From Lingula anatina (lineage: Eukaryota > Animalia > Brachiopoda): a DNA stretch of 64,000 nucleotides. The notes under the pieces are model-generated. The model saw only the letters and a list, made by a program, of their open reading frames with translations. It was not told the DNA's origin and did no database searches. Both the position numbers and the translations under genes were made by a program. Within the stretch, counting starts at the first letter, position 1. Every line of letters starts with the position of its first letter. This document shows positions 26,961 to 40,590 of the stretch, one piece after another. Location: contig CM120641.1 of the NCBI GenBank assembly GCA_051362555.1, positions 17,484,001 to 17,548,000 of the forward strand, written 5' to 3'.

Positions 26961-29900
26961 GCACTGCTGAAGGTAGGAGATTTGCAGTACTACACCAAAG
27001 TGCACCTGAGACGTGCGGCACGCGAAGCAGTGTAAACTTACCAACACCGTGACTCTTACCTGCCATTTCATCCAATAATACAACCCCACAAATGAAAATA
27101 TGTGCACTATTTGTTTTGATATTTATTTTTATGTTATAGCATTACGTAATTTCAATTAATTTAACATTAGCTTATGCTATATAATAACTAACGCCATTCT
27201 TTACTAGAAAGACCTTCCAATAAAAGCGGCCGCTATCGGCCAAATTTCGAACACTATATTTGTGTTTTTCCTTATCCTTTCGCTTGGGTTAATGAGGAGA
27301 CAAATACATTTGTGCACGGCGAAGTCAAAATAATTGAAAGAATAGGGAAAAGATACAGTATCGTACATACATGTATACAGCATGCACTTCTTTCACACAA
27401 ACGACCTAACACTGAAAAAACAAATAAATACTTCACAATACCAGTCATTTAAATGCCTAACCGAATGTTCGAGATCTCATTTTTACCTCACCGTTGATCA
27501 AAAAAATCCCCTTGTAGTATAGCTGTCTACATGCGAGTACACCATCTCCATGACTTCTAACTGCTCCATGTAGCGTGCTTTGGTAAATATCATAGTTTTT
27601 AGGCCACGTGTATGCTAATTGACTTATATCGTAATTATGACATTACTATTATTACGTGTTAAATTGGCTACTTGTGACGTATTCCACATTATGTGATTTA
27701 GCTACCTCGCCTACCCATATATGGTGAAGATATATCCATTCCCCAGACGAGACGGTTGTGTTCATGGGATATCTTAAAATTTCTGAATTTTAAAGGTTAA
27801 TTTCGTTCACTACGAAGAGGAATTATACTCCAAGCTTCAAGCTAAAACATGCTGATTTTCTAAACTTACGCGTAATCATAAATGAAAATCATCTCTTATT
27901 AATGATGGTCAATGATATTAACTGCATGCTTCATGTCCTTTTAAAATATCCGACATGACTGTGCTTAGCAACGACTTCAGATAGAATTATAATCTTCTGT
28001 CAAACAAGCCTTGATTCTACCAATATGAGCCATGGGCGTTTTAGGAATGTAGGTCCTATAGGAAAGACAGCAATAATAATTTTCATTGAATCAAAACACA
28101 ATTCACACGCACAAACACATGCACAGACACACGCTAGTGTTCATATGACGTACACTGTGGATTGTTGTGACGTAAAACAGAAATCAATTTTGTCGGATAC
28201 GGCTGCATTTTGAGTTAATACTTATAACTTAGAGTAGGTAAAATCAAAACCTGATTTTTATTCAACAAGTATAACAGCAAATTTTGCATGAAAATCCTGG
28301 TTTTACATGGCCAAGTGGCAGGTACCATATTTTAAATAAAAGAAATGCCAATTATTTAGGCGATTTAGAAAACTGTTCAAGCAATGATGACGAACGAATC
28401 TTGGTCTTGAAAAAACAGTTTGACTTGAGTAAAACATACTTTGACTAATAGTAAAAAATAACCTCGGCATCCTCGTTCAGATCCATGAAGAAAACTCACG
28501 AGGGCACCTTCCGAAAAGTGTAGATTTAATAACATTTAGTGGATCTTGATCCGCAAACTCTTATTGATTAATGAAGCCTCTCATTGTCTGTGACATGATG
28601 ATCACAAGAATGAATACAAATGCGGTCTTTAAAACACTTGTAATCAAATATACTTCAAAGCATTTCGGTTTTTCTCAGCGCATGCCTTTCCGATTCCAAG
28701 ACATTAGTCTCCAACAGCATTGACCTTTACAGGATAATATTTAGAATATTTTCTCAACTGTTGTTATCTATTGCATTCCGATTATTTGTCCTAGAATGGA
28801 AACTGGCTTTCTTATTAAGATATAAATATCAAAGGCTAAAAATATACCTAAACAGCACACGAATGAAGGAATATAAATATGAAGTGAAATCCTCCTTTAG
28901 ATTCTAGGACTTCACGACATCCGAATCAGTTTTATAGATTCACAAGTATTCCCATCTGTCTTTTGCTAAAAATATTTTACCTTTTTATTCTAAAAGGACT
29001 AGCACACCAGAAGGAAAATCCCAAAACTGGAAGAATATTATAAAAAAATTTTGAAATTTTAAGTGTATAAAAATTAGGAAAAATAAATTGGCAAAAATAA
29101 ACGTGCGTTTTAAAACTTTGTGTGTACGATGCATATGAACAGTGTATACAAAACTCTCTTAACCTCTGATAGTCGGTTTTGAAATGTTTCAGTAGAATTT
29201 CCAATGCTTTGATACCAGTTTCACAAAATTGTTTAGCCCTAGGTCTAAGCTTTAAGACCAAAACTTTAGTTTGCTTCCGTTCAAAATAAATCTAGTAGTA
29301 GTCCACTAAAAAGATAATAATTGGCCTGAAACAAAAGCAACATCTCTCTTGTTATTAAACAACTACATTTGTATTTTGGATCAGAAGAGACGAATATATT
29401 AGTAACTTAGGGTCAATTATCAGGCTAAGTTCTTTGAAACAATCCCCTGATGTTTTGATGACACCGATAACATAAACAAATTGTCGGAGGAGTGATCTTC
29501 CTTTTATTTGCCCTATCTCTAAACGGATAATGCTGGAACACACGGGTTCAGACCGTCCATTGGATGACAGTAAAATGTTATTCAAACGCATTTAAATATA
29601 TGACCAATTACAACCTTAAGGGTGCAGGTACATGTAGACTCTCCAGGGCACTTTCATTCCAAAAAGAGAGAAAAGTGTGAAGCATCTTCGGGTTCGATAT
29701 TGACGCCAAACCAGTTTTTCTTCATTCGAGCAATATTAGAAACTTGAAAACCCTTTTGTTATGGTCTTTACCTTAGGCCTGGTACATGTGTCACTCCCTT
29801 TGGAGACACCCATACCAGAAACCCTTCCACAAATGCTTGTCCTTTGTTGATATTGACAGTGAGAGGCCATATATTTTTGTCGTGTAGCCATCTTGCCTTT

Positions 29901-30924
29901 GGTCTTCCATGTCTTCTCCAGTCAAATGCATTGGGATCTAATCAGTCTCTCTTAAAATGCAAATACAAGATCACCACTAAAATATTATTTTTTGGGGTTT
30001 CAACTAGCAGCAAAGTAATAGAAACAATACTAAGCGGTTCCTCATAGCTTTCTTTCTGGAGGGAGATATTTTGTAAATAATCATGGTCTTATACCGGTAC
30101 ATGTAGCACAAATAATTTGACATGAGATGCGTAGCAAATTTTTCTCGAATTCGATTGCCAATATAAAAAGGTGTCTGTCACCCGGTAAAAGCAAAGTGAC
30201 AGCGTCAGGTGAGACTGGTAATTAGAGCTTCATACGATATGCCTTTTGTCTGTAAATATTGATCAAAATACACGTCTACCTCTAATGAAGATGTAGATAG
30301 AAGCAAATTGTGCGGCATTAATGAGCGGGTATACATCTACGTATACGTGTAGCTTTTGTCATTTGTGACAGAAGAGACTTCACACAGCACTGTGAACCAA
30401 TATTTGACTTTCCTATTCATAAAATGCCTTTACCAAGACACCTTAACTTCCATTTTCAGATTTGAATAAGTACATAACTGAACATGAAAGGCGTATGAAC
30501 ACAGAACACATCTCATGACAAAGAAACCAGCAAACTGCCATCGAATGAAAAATATATCAATTCAGATATAAGGAAATATACCGTAATGTTATATACCAAC
30601 CGTAATGTTATTTATTTATTTATTTTGATACAGGGCCTTTATGCACAGGGTGTTTTTTCTAGATTACTACCATATACCATGGGAATCCCTAGTCGAAAGA
30701 TTAAAATTTGAAGTAGAAAATATAGCAGTAAAGAAACCAGGTAGACCTAGGGTGCTGCTGTATACTCAAATCAGGAATATTTCCTAGTACATCATTTTTA
30801 TCTGTTCTGTTCATGATTCATTATCATCGTTTATCTGAAGGCTGTACATGTTACTCATCTTGGACTTTGAGAATGCCATATAGCTGGGAGAATAATCCAA
30901 TGCCTTAAAAATAAAGTAACTTTC

Positions 30925-30986
30925 TTTATTCAACAGCAAATATTACCTCCAATATTTCGATGTCTCTCAGAGCATCTTAATCAGTG
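30925..30986 (-). ncRNA. Degenerate minimal type-I hammerhead ribozyme motif with downstream AATAAA, probably a Penelope-like element pLTR remnant
   Basis: Minus strand reads CTGATTA-A-GATG(ctctgagaga)CATC-GAAA-TATTG(gagg)TAATA-TT, then AATAAA. Stems II and III can form. The core has CUGAUUA instead of CUGANGA. Confidence 0.55.
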
Positions 30987-31308
30987 AATGAAGCTATCCA
31001 GGTGAATAACCTGTAATATCAGCTGTCAATATTAGCTGTTGATTGTAGAAAATTTACCTTACTCTTATATCATAACAAAGCTGATGGAATTCTTCTCTGA
31101 TCCCAATGTCTTCATTTTCACCTGTGATTTATCCAGTTATCCAAAGGTAAAAATTAATTCTTTAGGTGACTTTCCTCATGATCAGCAAAATGAAAAGGTT
31201 GCAGTAAATTTGCAAGAGCATTTTAAGTTTGCAGCAAATTTGCAAGGGAGTTTGCGGCAGGACTGATATTTTGCTAATGGTTACGTTGTTAATTAGTACA
31301 AGTGTCGC

Positions 31309-31432
31309 GCATGTTGCTACCTGTCTGGCAACTCAACTAATGGTTAAATAAAGATTTGTAAGATGATTGCGATTAACTTAACATATATGATTTAAGTATA
31401 ACTCATTAACTTAAAGACAGGTAGCAACATGC
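31309..31432. mobile_element. MITE-like inverted-repeat element
   Basis: Perfect 18-bp inverted repeat GCATGTTGCTACCTGTCT (31309-31326) / AGACAGGTAGCAACATGC (31415-31432) around an AT-rich spacer. Confidence 0.6.
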
Positions 31433-31949
31433 ATGTCCTTAATATTAGCGATGAAAAGGAGTGGAATCTATTTTGTGCCCTCCCAAACCCACTGAAAATA
31501 TTGCTGATTTATTTTTTTTTCTCCTTTGATTTATCGATACGATAATATAAGTATATGACAAAATAAACGCAGTCACCATTACGAAACCATACATCACAGT
31601 GACCATGTTTAATGTTGTTTTCTAATGGACTTCTCATAAGTCTATCGTGATCCATTTCAACTGATATACAATAAAGGTAATATATCGCCACAAATCCCAT
31701 CGAAAAGGACAATCAAACAATTATTGACTTTTCTGGGAATTGCTGGCGTTGGTTTAGGACCTCTAGATGATCAGACACAGTTATGTGAGGATCAATAGAC
31801 AATAGACAAATCGCTGCTTTTGCGGAGGCGGTTTGGTAATTGAAGTTTAAGACATTCCGTTTTTATGGTAGCTTACTGCAGGAAATAGCTGCATTATTGT
31901 GCAGTCCCAGTGCAGCATAAGCACCAATTATAACTAATGAACGCGGGCT

Positions 31950-31954
<5 letters not shown>

Positions 31955-32009
<55 letters not shown>
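31955..32009. repeat. Long poly(A) run (about 55 nt)
   Basis: Read directly from the sequence. Confidence 0.9.
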
Positions 32010-32010
<1 letters not shown>

Positions 32011-32310
32011 AGCGCAAATTGCATCAGAGCAGACTTGGTGTTCAGTGGCATTGTGTTACTTGGTTTACGCGGGGTCGAATGTTGTACAGGAGATGGAATG
32101 TTTATGTTATTGCGACTGGCGTGTTCACGTGTTCGTGTATGTGAGTGTCAGTTTGAGCTCTTAGAACATTGTATTCATCTAATCATCCATTCCTGCATTC
32201 ATGATCCTCATATCGCAGACTCTTTTTAAATGCTGAGATTTACAATAGCTTTTATTAGAAAGTTTCGGTTTCATTTTTGATAGAGCTACCTGCCCCATGT
32301 CAAACACATT

Positions 32311-32538
32311 TGGTCGGGCATTTGACTCTTTTTATGAAAACTATGTCGAGTGAAAGTAAAACAGAACTTACTCTTAAACAGCCCAATACATGCCAGCAAG
32401 ATATGGTAACAAAACGGTTTCTGGTCGGACATTTGACTCTCTATATATAATTACTATGTCGAGTGAAAGTAAAACAGAACGTATACTCTTTAACAGATCA
32501 ATAGATGCGAGTAAAATGTGGTATCAAAACAGTTTCTG
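32311..32538. repeat. Two-copy tandem duplication, unit about 111 bp
   Basis: TGGTCGG.CATTTGACTCT...ACTATGTCGAGTGAAAGTAAAACAGAAC...CAAAAC.GTTTCTG starts at 32311 and again at 32422. Confidence 0.9.
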
Positions 32539-35500
32539 AACGAGCGAAAAAGTAATTTTCATGAACAATAGCCTTCTCATGTACGAGTATAAACATTCAT
32601 AAATTGAACAGGCACCTCACGTATAATGCAGGTAAAGTTTTTTAGTCACTGACCTGACTATATCATTAACTAACTCATTTAAAAAGCAAGGTCGGGTTTA
32701 TGTGGCACGGACGTACTTACAGCATGGCGGAAATTAAAGAGTGAACCAAACAGTGGGGTACTGCTTTTCAGAAGAAATTACTATGAAAAATACGTTAACC
32801 CGCCCACTGGCAAACGCTGTCTTCCATTATGTTAAACCCATCAATCAAAACACAGCGTGCATTTCATTAAATCTTTGCTCAGTTTAAACGAACCTCAAAG
32901 TGAAAATAATAAGGGCTGGTTAAACATCACGCACCTGCTTCGCCATGTCTTCCTGTTCCCTTCCTCTACCTCTGACGTGTGTTATGTCCGGAGTTATTTC
33001 CTAGAGTGAAGAATGATAGCTTCTACCTGTACACTGTTGTTGTTTATGTCCGAAAATTGTTTTTCTTGATCTAATCCGTGTACCATCACAGCATTCTCCA
33101 TCAAGAGTGAGATTGAACATTACCTGCTGTTCAAATTGCTAATGTAGAATCCGACGAATGGGAAATGCCTCTGTCTTTCACGGCCGAATGGATTACGTAC
33201 ACTCTACCAAATCAACGCCAAGCACAGTTATATATGCTTTTCACAACTTCTTTCTCGTTGGTCTGCGACTTTTAACAAACGAATACCCAAGACCAAAGTG
33301 TGTCCCAATATTTTACGAAAGAACAACTTCATCATAAAGAGAAATTAGCTCCAATGTCAATATCTTAATACATGTACCGTGTACTGTTAAGGGTTCAGAA
33401 CAAAGCATTCTCCGGGTAAAATGTAGAACACATTTTAATACATATACCAAGCAGGGATGTAGACCAGGAGGGAAGTATGCTAGTACCACATATAAACAGC
33501 ACGCAACATAAAAACTGGCGCCTACATGCACATAACAATACGGTTGTCATGGTCGCGTTTTACTCAGTTGGTCAGTGAAGGTCAGTCAAGTCCATGCTAT
33601 TCATGTGTTAAGACAAGTGGAGAACCATTTACCAGTGATTAATTCCACACATAATATATTTTAAAACTGATACAAAATTTTGACAAAATATCACAACTGT
33701 GACTATACATTAGGCCTTGGTATTGTGCCCTGCCTCTGACTGCATGCGGTGCTCCCCTCAAAGTCAGGATGCTAAGAAACCATGGATATCAAATTGAATA
33801 TCAAAACAAAGGGCTTCTGAGCATATATTCAATTAATACATTCAATGAGCCTTCGGACCAAAGAACACCCATACCAAACAACATTTCAGCTATCAAAACG
33901 TCTACTTATCACCACCACCTATCTGTCATGGATATTATGTGCTGCTTGTCATCTGAAAACAGCCATAGTTAGTTTTCCCCCAGATAGATATTGACGGTAC
34001 GGCCGAAAACCAACTGCCATTGTTGTTGTTTTTTTTAAAATTGGATTTCCAACTGTGAATAAAATATGTGTTATATTGCAAAGAGAGCTGAAAATTTTAC
34101 TTATGATTTCTAAAACAGTATAATCGCGTTTAAAATTGAAATATATTCTTATACTGACACCTTTGAACATAGAAAGTGTCGATTAAACATATCAGAAATA
34201 GAGTAGAATATGAAACTGTATTGGGATTATCTTTCCGAGCCCTTTTCAGTATTTAAAACGTATACATAACCACCCGACTGCTCACGTATGTTAATTAAAG
34301 TTATTTATCTATTTCTATTTAGTGCACATATCCAGGAAATTATATCATGTTTCAAAGGGCTTTCAGGCAGTATTCATTGTAATTGCGCTCTGCAATCATT
34401 TAGACATTTTGCCTCAATAGGTTTTAAGTTTGGCTGAGAGCGTTCCGGAACGGACCCCTTGTACATGTTATAATACGAAACAAAGAACTGAAAGCTCTGA
34501 ATACTAGTGTTTTCACTGATAACGTTTTCTGAAAGAGAGAGAGGGGGATTATTACCATTCTTTTTTCCAAACTTTCTTTTTGCCCTTACACTCACTCTCG
34601 GCAGGTTCTGATCCTGATCAAGTTAGTGTATGGCTTATCATGAGCCAGAATCAACGGGAGAGAACTCGGCAGAGATGTACCCACGAGAAGCACATGTTTT
34701 AATGTAACGCGTGCTGTGTAGAGATTCAAGTAAGTTGTCCACCTACCTGTCTTGCAAATAGGCCTCTTGTAATAGCAGCTGGAGATGATACTCCAGTAAT
34801 CGTGTTCTTACACTCGTTTTCTTCCGAACACTGGAGGCTTATAGCTCGTCTTGAATAGAGGCGCCAGGTGTGCCATGCTTTATAATTATCATGCGTTACG
34901 TTCTCTTGACTCTAACCAATAACCGCGTTTTTTATTGTTGCCAGAGATGACACTGAACTTAGTGTTCTATTGTTTAAAACGGCACTCAGTGCATTCAGCC
35001 ATAAACATATGCCCCCAGTTGTATCTTTTTGTACAGTTTTGTTTTCTATATACGATTCCTTAGTGATCAATGTCGTTATACGAGTAAATGTACATGTGCT
35101 TGTGCTGTATATACACGTTTATGTGAGTTTTACTGGCACTATTGAAACAAAACATGTCAAGTATGCCTTTTTACACGGAGATTTCCAATCATTATTTTTA
35201 GCATCGTTTCAGTGACATAATTAACTATGATACTGGTCACTGCCAGAGAAGTCCTGCTGCGTGCTGAGTGAGAAAAAATAAGCCAGTGTTCGTCTCCAAG
35301 ATTAGTTTTGCTATAGCTAATTCTTAAATATCATTCTTAAATATAACATGATCGTAAATCAACAACAATCAATGAAACATTTATTAACAAATTTTATGAC
35401 TAGATGGCATACTTCTACCATGATATGTATGAATATTTAAACAAACTGTGGATGATATATTATAGCTTCATTCCGTTTTGAAGAAGGATGGAAATGCGCT

Positions 35501-35869
35501 GTTTACTTTAATTTCATGAATATCAGTAGTCCGTATGCTGCATCAAAAATTTGCGGGTTATGGTTATTTCATCTAGGTCAATGCATGAATAGCAACAGTT
35601 TTATTTTCAATAATCATGCAGTGCAGATGCTTACTTCGTGTTCTTTTGAACACAATGCATCTTTTGGCCTGTGGTCTTATTCATTGAAATGTAAAATTAA
35701 TTACTTGAATTCATACTGGATATTCGTCCATGTACCGCACGGAAGATGTTGTGGAAAGAGGGTCCAGTGGCAGCACCGAAAACGCACTACATGATTAAAT
35801 ATCATAAAGCATTCCAAAGAGAACCCTGCCTCGATTTTTCTGCAAATGTGTCCCAACGCTTCCTGTCTA

Positions 35870-36180
35870 TATGAACAGATACTAGCACTTGGAAGCAAGT
35901 CACAATCAGTATACCACTACTACTGTTTACAATTAAAGAGATGAAATGAGCGGGACATGTCAGTAGAATCAAGGGTGACAGATGGACATTAAGGCCGACA
36001 GAATGGTCACCAAGAGAAAACAAGGAAAGCCTCGTGGGAGATGACAGGATGAGTTAAACGAGTACTAAAAAAACAAATCCGTAGCCGAGGCCTGAGACAG
36101 AATACTCTAGACGAAGCATTCTGGGGTTTTGGTCCAGCGGATGAATACTTTCGGCTCTAAATGATGACGATAATAATGAC
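35870..36180 (+). mobile_element. 3' fragment of an RTE-clade LINE (decayed ORF C-terminus and short GAT/AAT tail)
   Basis: Translation LFTIKEMK*AGHVSRIKGDRWTLRPTEWSPRENK ... AEA*DRIL* matches the RTE C-terminal pattern IK..KW.WAGH..R..D.RWT....W.PR...A.DR..W. Confidence 0.75.
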
Positions 36181-37684
36181 TAAATGTGCATTTGCAAATA
36201 CCCCAAAGGCGTGCATTCTGTATCTAAACATCCTGAAAAGCTACTTATATTTTCCATTTCATACTTTGAAAAGATTAAAAAGACTCTAAAATCAGTATAG
36301 AAATACCACAAAATATTGAATACAAGCGTAGGGATGGGAGTAGAAGTAAATCGCTTTTTGCGAGGTAGGTAACATTTGGGTTAACTTAGGGCCAAGTTGT
36401 CTCCGAAGTGTTCAAAGAAACAATTTTTTGGACTCTTAATCACTTTCTGATCCATCGCCATAGGTCTTCCAGAGACGCATTAACACCTCTTTATCGTGTG
36501 AGAGGGGTTAACTCTATGCATTAACCCGAAAACACATGTATGCGATGCAATTTGTATAAGAGAAATGGGTGCTTTTATCTTGTCAAGTTATTTATGGGAA
36601 TTCCCTTTCCCTCTTTACAAATCAATCAAATGATGAAGAATTTCACTTAACTGCTCATCATGATTTTCAATAATTGAACTTTTTAAGTGGTCGGCTGGTG
36701 TTGCTTAAATTAAACCTTTTTAATTTGTAAGAACCATTTTTCTTTGATAGACAAGCGTGTAAGTCTGAGATGGATTTTCCCGTTTTCTGGCAAAGCAACT
36801 GGTATATTTGATGAATAAATACAGAAACATTTGTTGGTGATACTCGCATTGCCAATCTAGGAACTAGAATGCGGGTATTTACTTTTTTACGATCGGTAGA
36901 TAGTTAAGGTACATACGTAACCTCGAGCTCACACATAAACTAGAAGATATTCTCTTGCGGAAAAAAAAGATGCATCCGAAAGGCAACCCAACATGACAGA
37001 TAAGTCATATTTACGGTATCGTGTCCAATCCCAAGTCGATAACATGACACGCTGAGGTGTTTCGAGGCACACGCTCCACACGCTGTTCAGGTGATTTGTC
37101 AGGTGTTTGTCGGGGTGTGGCGCAATTATTGTATCATTGAGGGCATAACACGTACTCAGTTAACCGTTATGCTTACCTATTATAAAAGCCCACCTGCTGT
37201 TGTTGCGAGATTTACATCTCCTTAATTGCTGTCTAAATGCGCCAGTTCCTTCAATTTAGTGGCATGAAGAACACTGCTGACCGGGCTTCTATCGAGTAAG
37301 TCTTGGCAACCCAAAGAGCGGATTAGAAAAAAAAAACGAAATTAAAGAAAGGATGAAAGAGAAAGGGTGTCGCAGATTGCGAACGATATGTTTTATAAAC
37401 GCAGTGTAGGGGTATTCTTTCAGATTTCCCTTTAATATCCTAGGAATTTAAGTTATGAATATACAGAGAAGAAACACCTTTGGAAAATATATGATAAAAA
37501 GTTGTCAGTGAAAAGTTCTAGAAGGAAAGTTTTCATGCATACAGGGAATACTTGTCTTACACAACATGATATAAACATCTCCCCAGCATATTAAAAAGAT
37601 AAACAGTTTCTTCCCTGAAGACTATCGTAAGCTTCATTACAAATGGTGTAATTAAGCTATCTGTGAAAAAAAACCATTGGATTT

Positions 37685-37723
<39 letters not shown>

Positions 37724-39854
37724 ACAACCATCGGGAGAATGTTAACTTAATGAGATTCAGTCCACGTGATTAACTTTATAGAGGAAGTATCAGCATCTCT
37801 CTCTCTCTCTCTTTATCTCTCTCTCTCTCTCTTTTGCTTTCTTTCTCTCTTAAGATATGGAAAAGCAATAAATTATGAATTCAGCAACATTTTTTCTGCC
37901 ATGTTATTTAACCAAGTATTTCCTCTCTGAGGATCGAATTCTTGCGGCGAAATTATCTTTTCACTATCTTCGTTTGCATAAGGTTATTGCCTATGGGTCC
38001 TTGGTGAATTTCTAGGCACCTGCGCTGTCCCAGTGCGAGCAGCGCGTTTCACTAGTTCTTTGCAAACATTCTAAGGTGATGCTCAACGCGCCGTGAAGAG
38101 ATCACACATCGTTGCCTGATAAGAACACAGGATCTCCCCCACCCCCCGCTGCACATCAAAAACACTTAAAAATTACAAACTGATAAGAAAGATGACTTAT
38201 TAAAATTTTAACTTACTTAGCATTACACGGATCAATTGCACCCCACCTTAGCAACTTGTTCTTTGAAGCGAGAACCGGCGCTACGTTGTGGAAGTGCAAA
38301 CGAGGACCTCAATTGACCCGCAGGTTTTTCTACAAATAGGAAAAAAAAACTGAAACAGCGCTATTAACTTTGTATAAAAGTTCCTATATTCCTGAAACTT
38401 ATCACATATGATTAGAGTAGACAAAAAAGTAGAAAAAACTTCAACACGGAGTGAAGCATGCATGTTTGTAGTTCAGCTTGCTTCATTTCCTTATTTGTGC
38501 TGCCTTCTTGTTATCATCGTCTTGCCAAAGTTGTTCAGATATAAATAAAACGAAGACCATGGATGTCGTGTGTGGTTAACTGCGGGGAAGTCCAAATACC
38601 ATCACAAGCTATTCACGCGTCAGAAGCATAGTTATTATCGACTGTGTTTTTTTTTAATTGGTTTATAACTCATTAGACACCAGCAAAAGCTCCATATATA
38701 ACATTTAGAAAATGAACTTGCTGCATGGTACTCGAATATGCAACGGTGAGGTTAGATTGCCAAAATCGTCGGTATGGTTTTGGAATGATGGCAGGGACTA
38801 TAATGAAGCCGTTTAAACTGCCACATTTTTTACATGGACAGCATGTTTCACCCACCTTTCACATAACTAGACCACTGGAATATGATCTGTATGCTTGGAC
38901 TTTTAGCATTAAAAGGGAGATGGGTTCAGAGCAAAAGTTGAAGGCCAGGTCGCTCTACTAGCTCGTCCTGGCCAAATGCAATCTCCCTGTCAGTGTGCAA
39001 CTGCATCGTAAAACGTAAATTATGAAATCAGCATTTCCTGCATGCACACAATGTATTTAATATTTGAGTCCAACTTGATAAGCCTGTTTCTTTGTAAGAG
39101 GCGTCTAATATTGGTATCAAAAGCACCCTTTTTAGGTAAACGCTATGTCGAACCTCTGGGATAAAATAGTTTTTATCAAAAAATACAGGTATATACACAA
39201 ATATAGACCTCTCCATACTGTCTTGGCAATGATTTACATTTCTTTAATAAACAACAAACTTTATGATATATATATTTTTTTTAACATATTTTATTTTTAA
39301 AGTTATAAACTCCTCACCTGATAAAGAAAAATTCGGTGCTTTATCTGTTCCATGCTGATATATATATATATATAGTAAATATATAGCCAACAGATCGAAA
39401 TATATATATATGCTCTTGCCCCTAGAAGAGAAAAAGTGCCCATCTTAACATTTCCCGTCTTCCTTTTCAGTCCACATCAAACTCATGCACGAACACAATG
39501 ATGCACATCAATACCTGTACTCACCATGTGTCTCACCTAACACACTGATTGCACAAGGCGTCAGCATAATTAGCATTTTGCTTTCTCAACCACCGCATTT
39601 GTTCCACCGCATTTGTTATTTGCCTGTCTTACTGATGATGCACAGATGCATTCTTATTGCTAATGTCTTTAAAATAAAAATGGTCATGGTTGAAGCGGTT
39701 TTATTTCCCCGAGACCTATAATTTGCTGTACGTGATCTTTAACACTAGAGCTTGTTGTTTTTTTCCTGCAAAGTCTTGACCTCCTGAAGACTCACTGTAA
39801 AGACGCCATACCAGTGAAAACTGGAGATCTGTTTAAGCACTGGGAATGAGATCA

Positions 39855-39878
39855 GATGGATGGATGGATGGATGGATG
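39855..39878. repeat. (GATG)n tetranucleotide repeat, possibly the tail of an old LINE
   Basis: The repeat is read directly. The preceding 70 bp translate weakly as ENWRSV*AL, similar to RTE-type ends. Confidence 0.7.
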
Positions 39879-40556
39879 AATGGATCCCAGAAATGCATAA
39901 AAAGTTGACATTTAACATAATAAACAACTTTTCAAAAAATAAAAAAAACTTAATGAAGAGATATTTCAAAATGCATTAGCTCTTTCTTTTCGGATCCAGT
40001 GATGGTCGCCGTAACTAACCTAGTCAACAATGATTTCAAATACATAAAGGCAAGTGACACACATCGGAGATAATGCATACGTCTTTAATCATCATAAGTC
40101 GTGTCCAGTAGCATGGCACATGTCACAAAAACGGTGTCAACATCAATTTGTTGCTGATCACTGTCAGTTCGCGCATACACAGAAGAAGAGACGCTCAAAA
40201 TCTGCAAAATCAAATGTTTGCCATATAAGGTTTTACAGAAAAACAGGAACACGCGATCAAGACGTTCGAAATAAGCCTGTAAGAGATTAAAATAAAGATG
40301 AAAAAATAGGTACCGAATTTTCCTTAACAGTGAGCATTTCATACTCTTTTAGAAGTCATGTTTTTATCCACAAATCGTAAAAAACAAACACAACGAGCTA
40401 ATGCGTATTGGAAAAGGTCATGCATTATTTAGTAGTAATAAAAGCAGATAAGTTCCCATGACAACTTCAAGTACATATTATCCTCATTATCTATCCTACC
40501 AAACAAATTCGATAACTGCAATTTGCCGTCATACTCTACCTGTACTGTACTCTCAT

Positions 40557-40590
<34 letters not shown>

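Noticed and set aside
38673-38961. VLEYATV resembling the CR1/L2 LINE motif LEYA..VW
   Set aside because: A single short motif with no collinear support.
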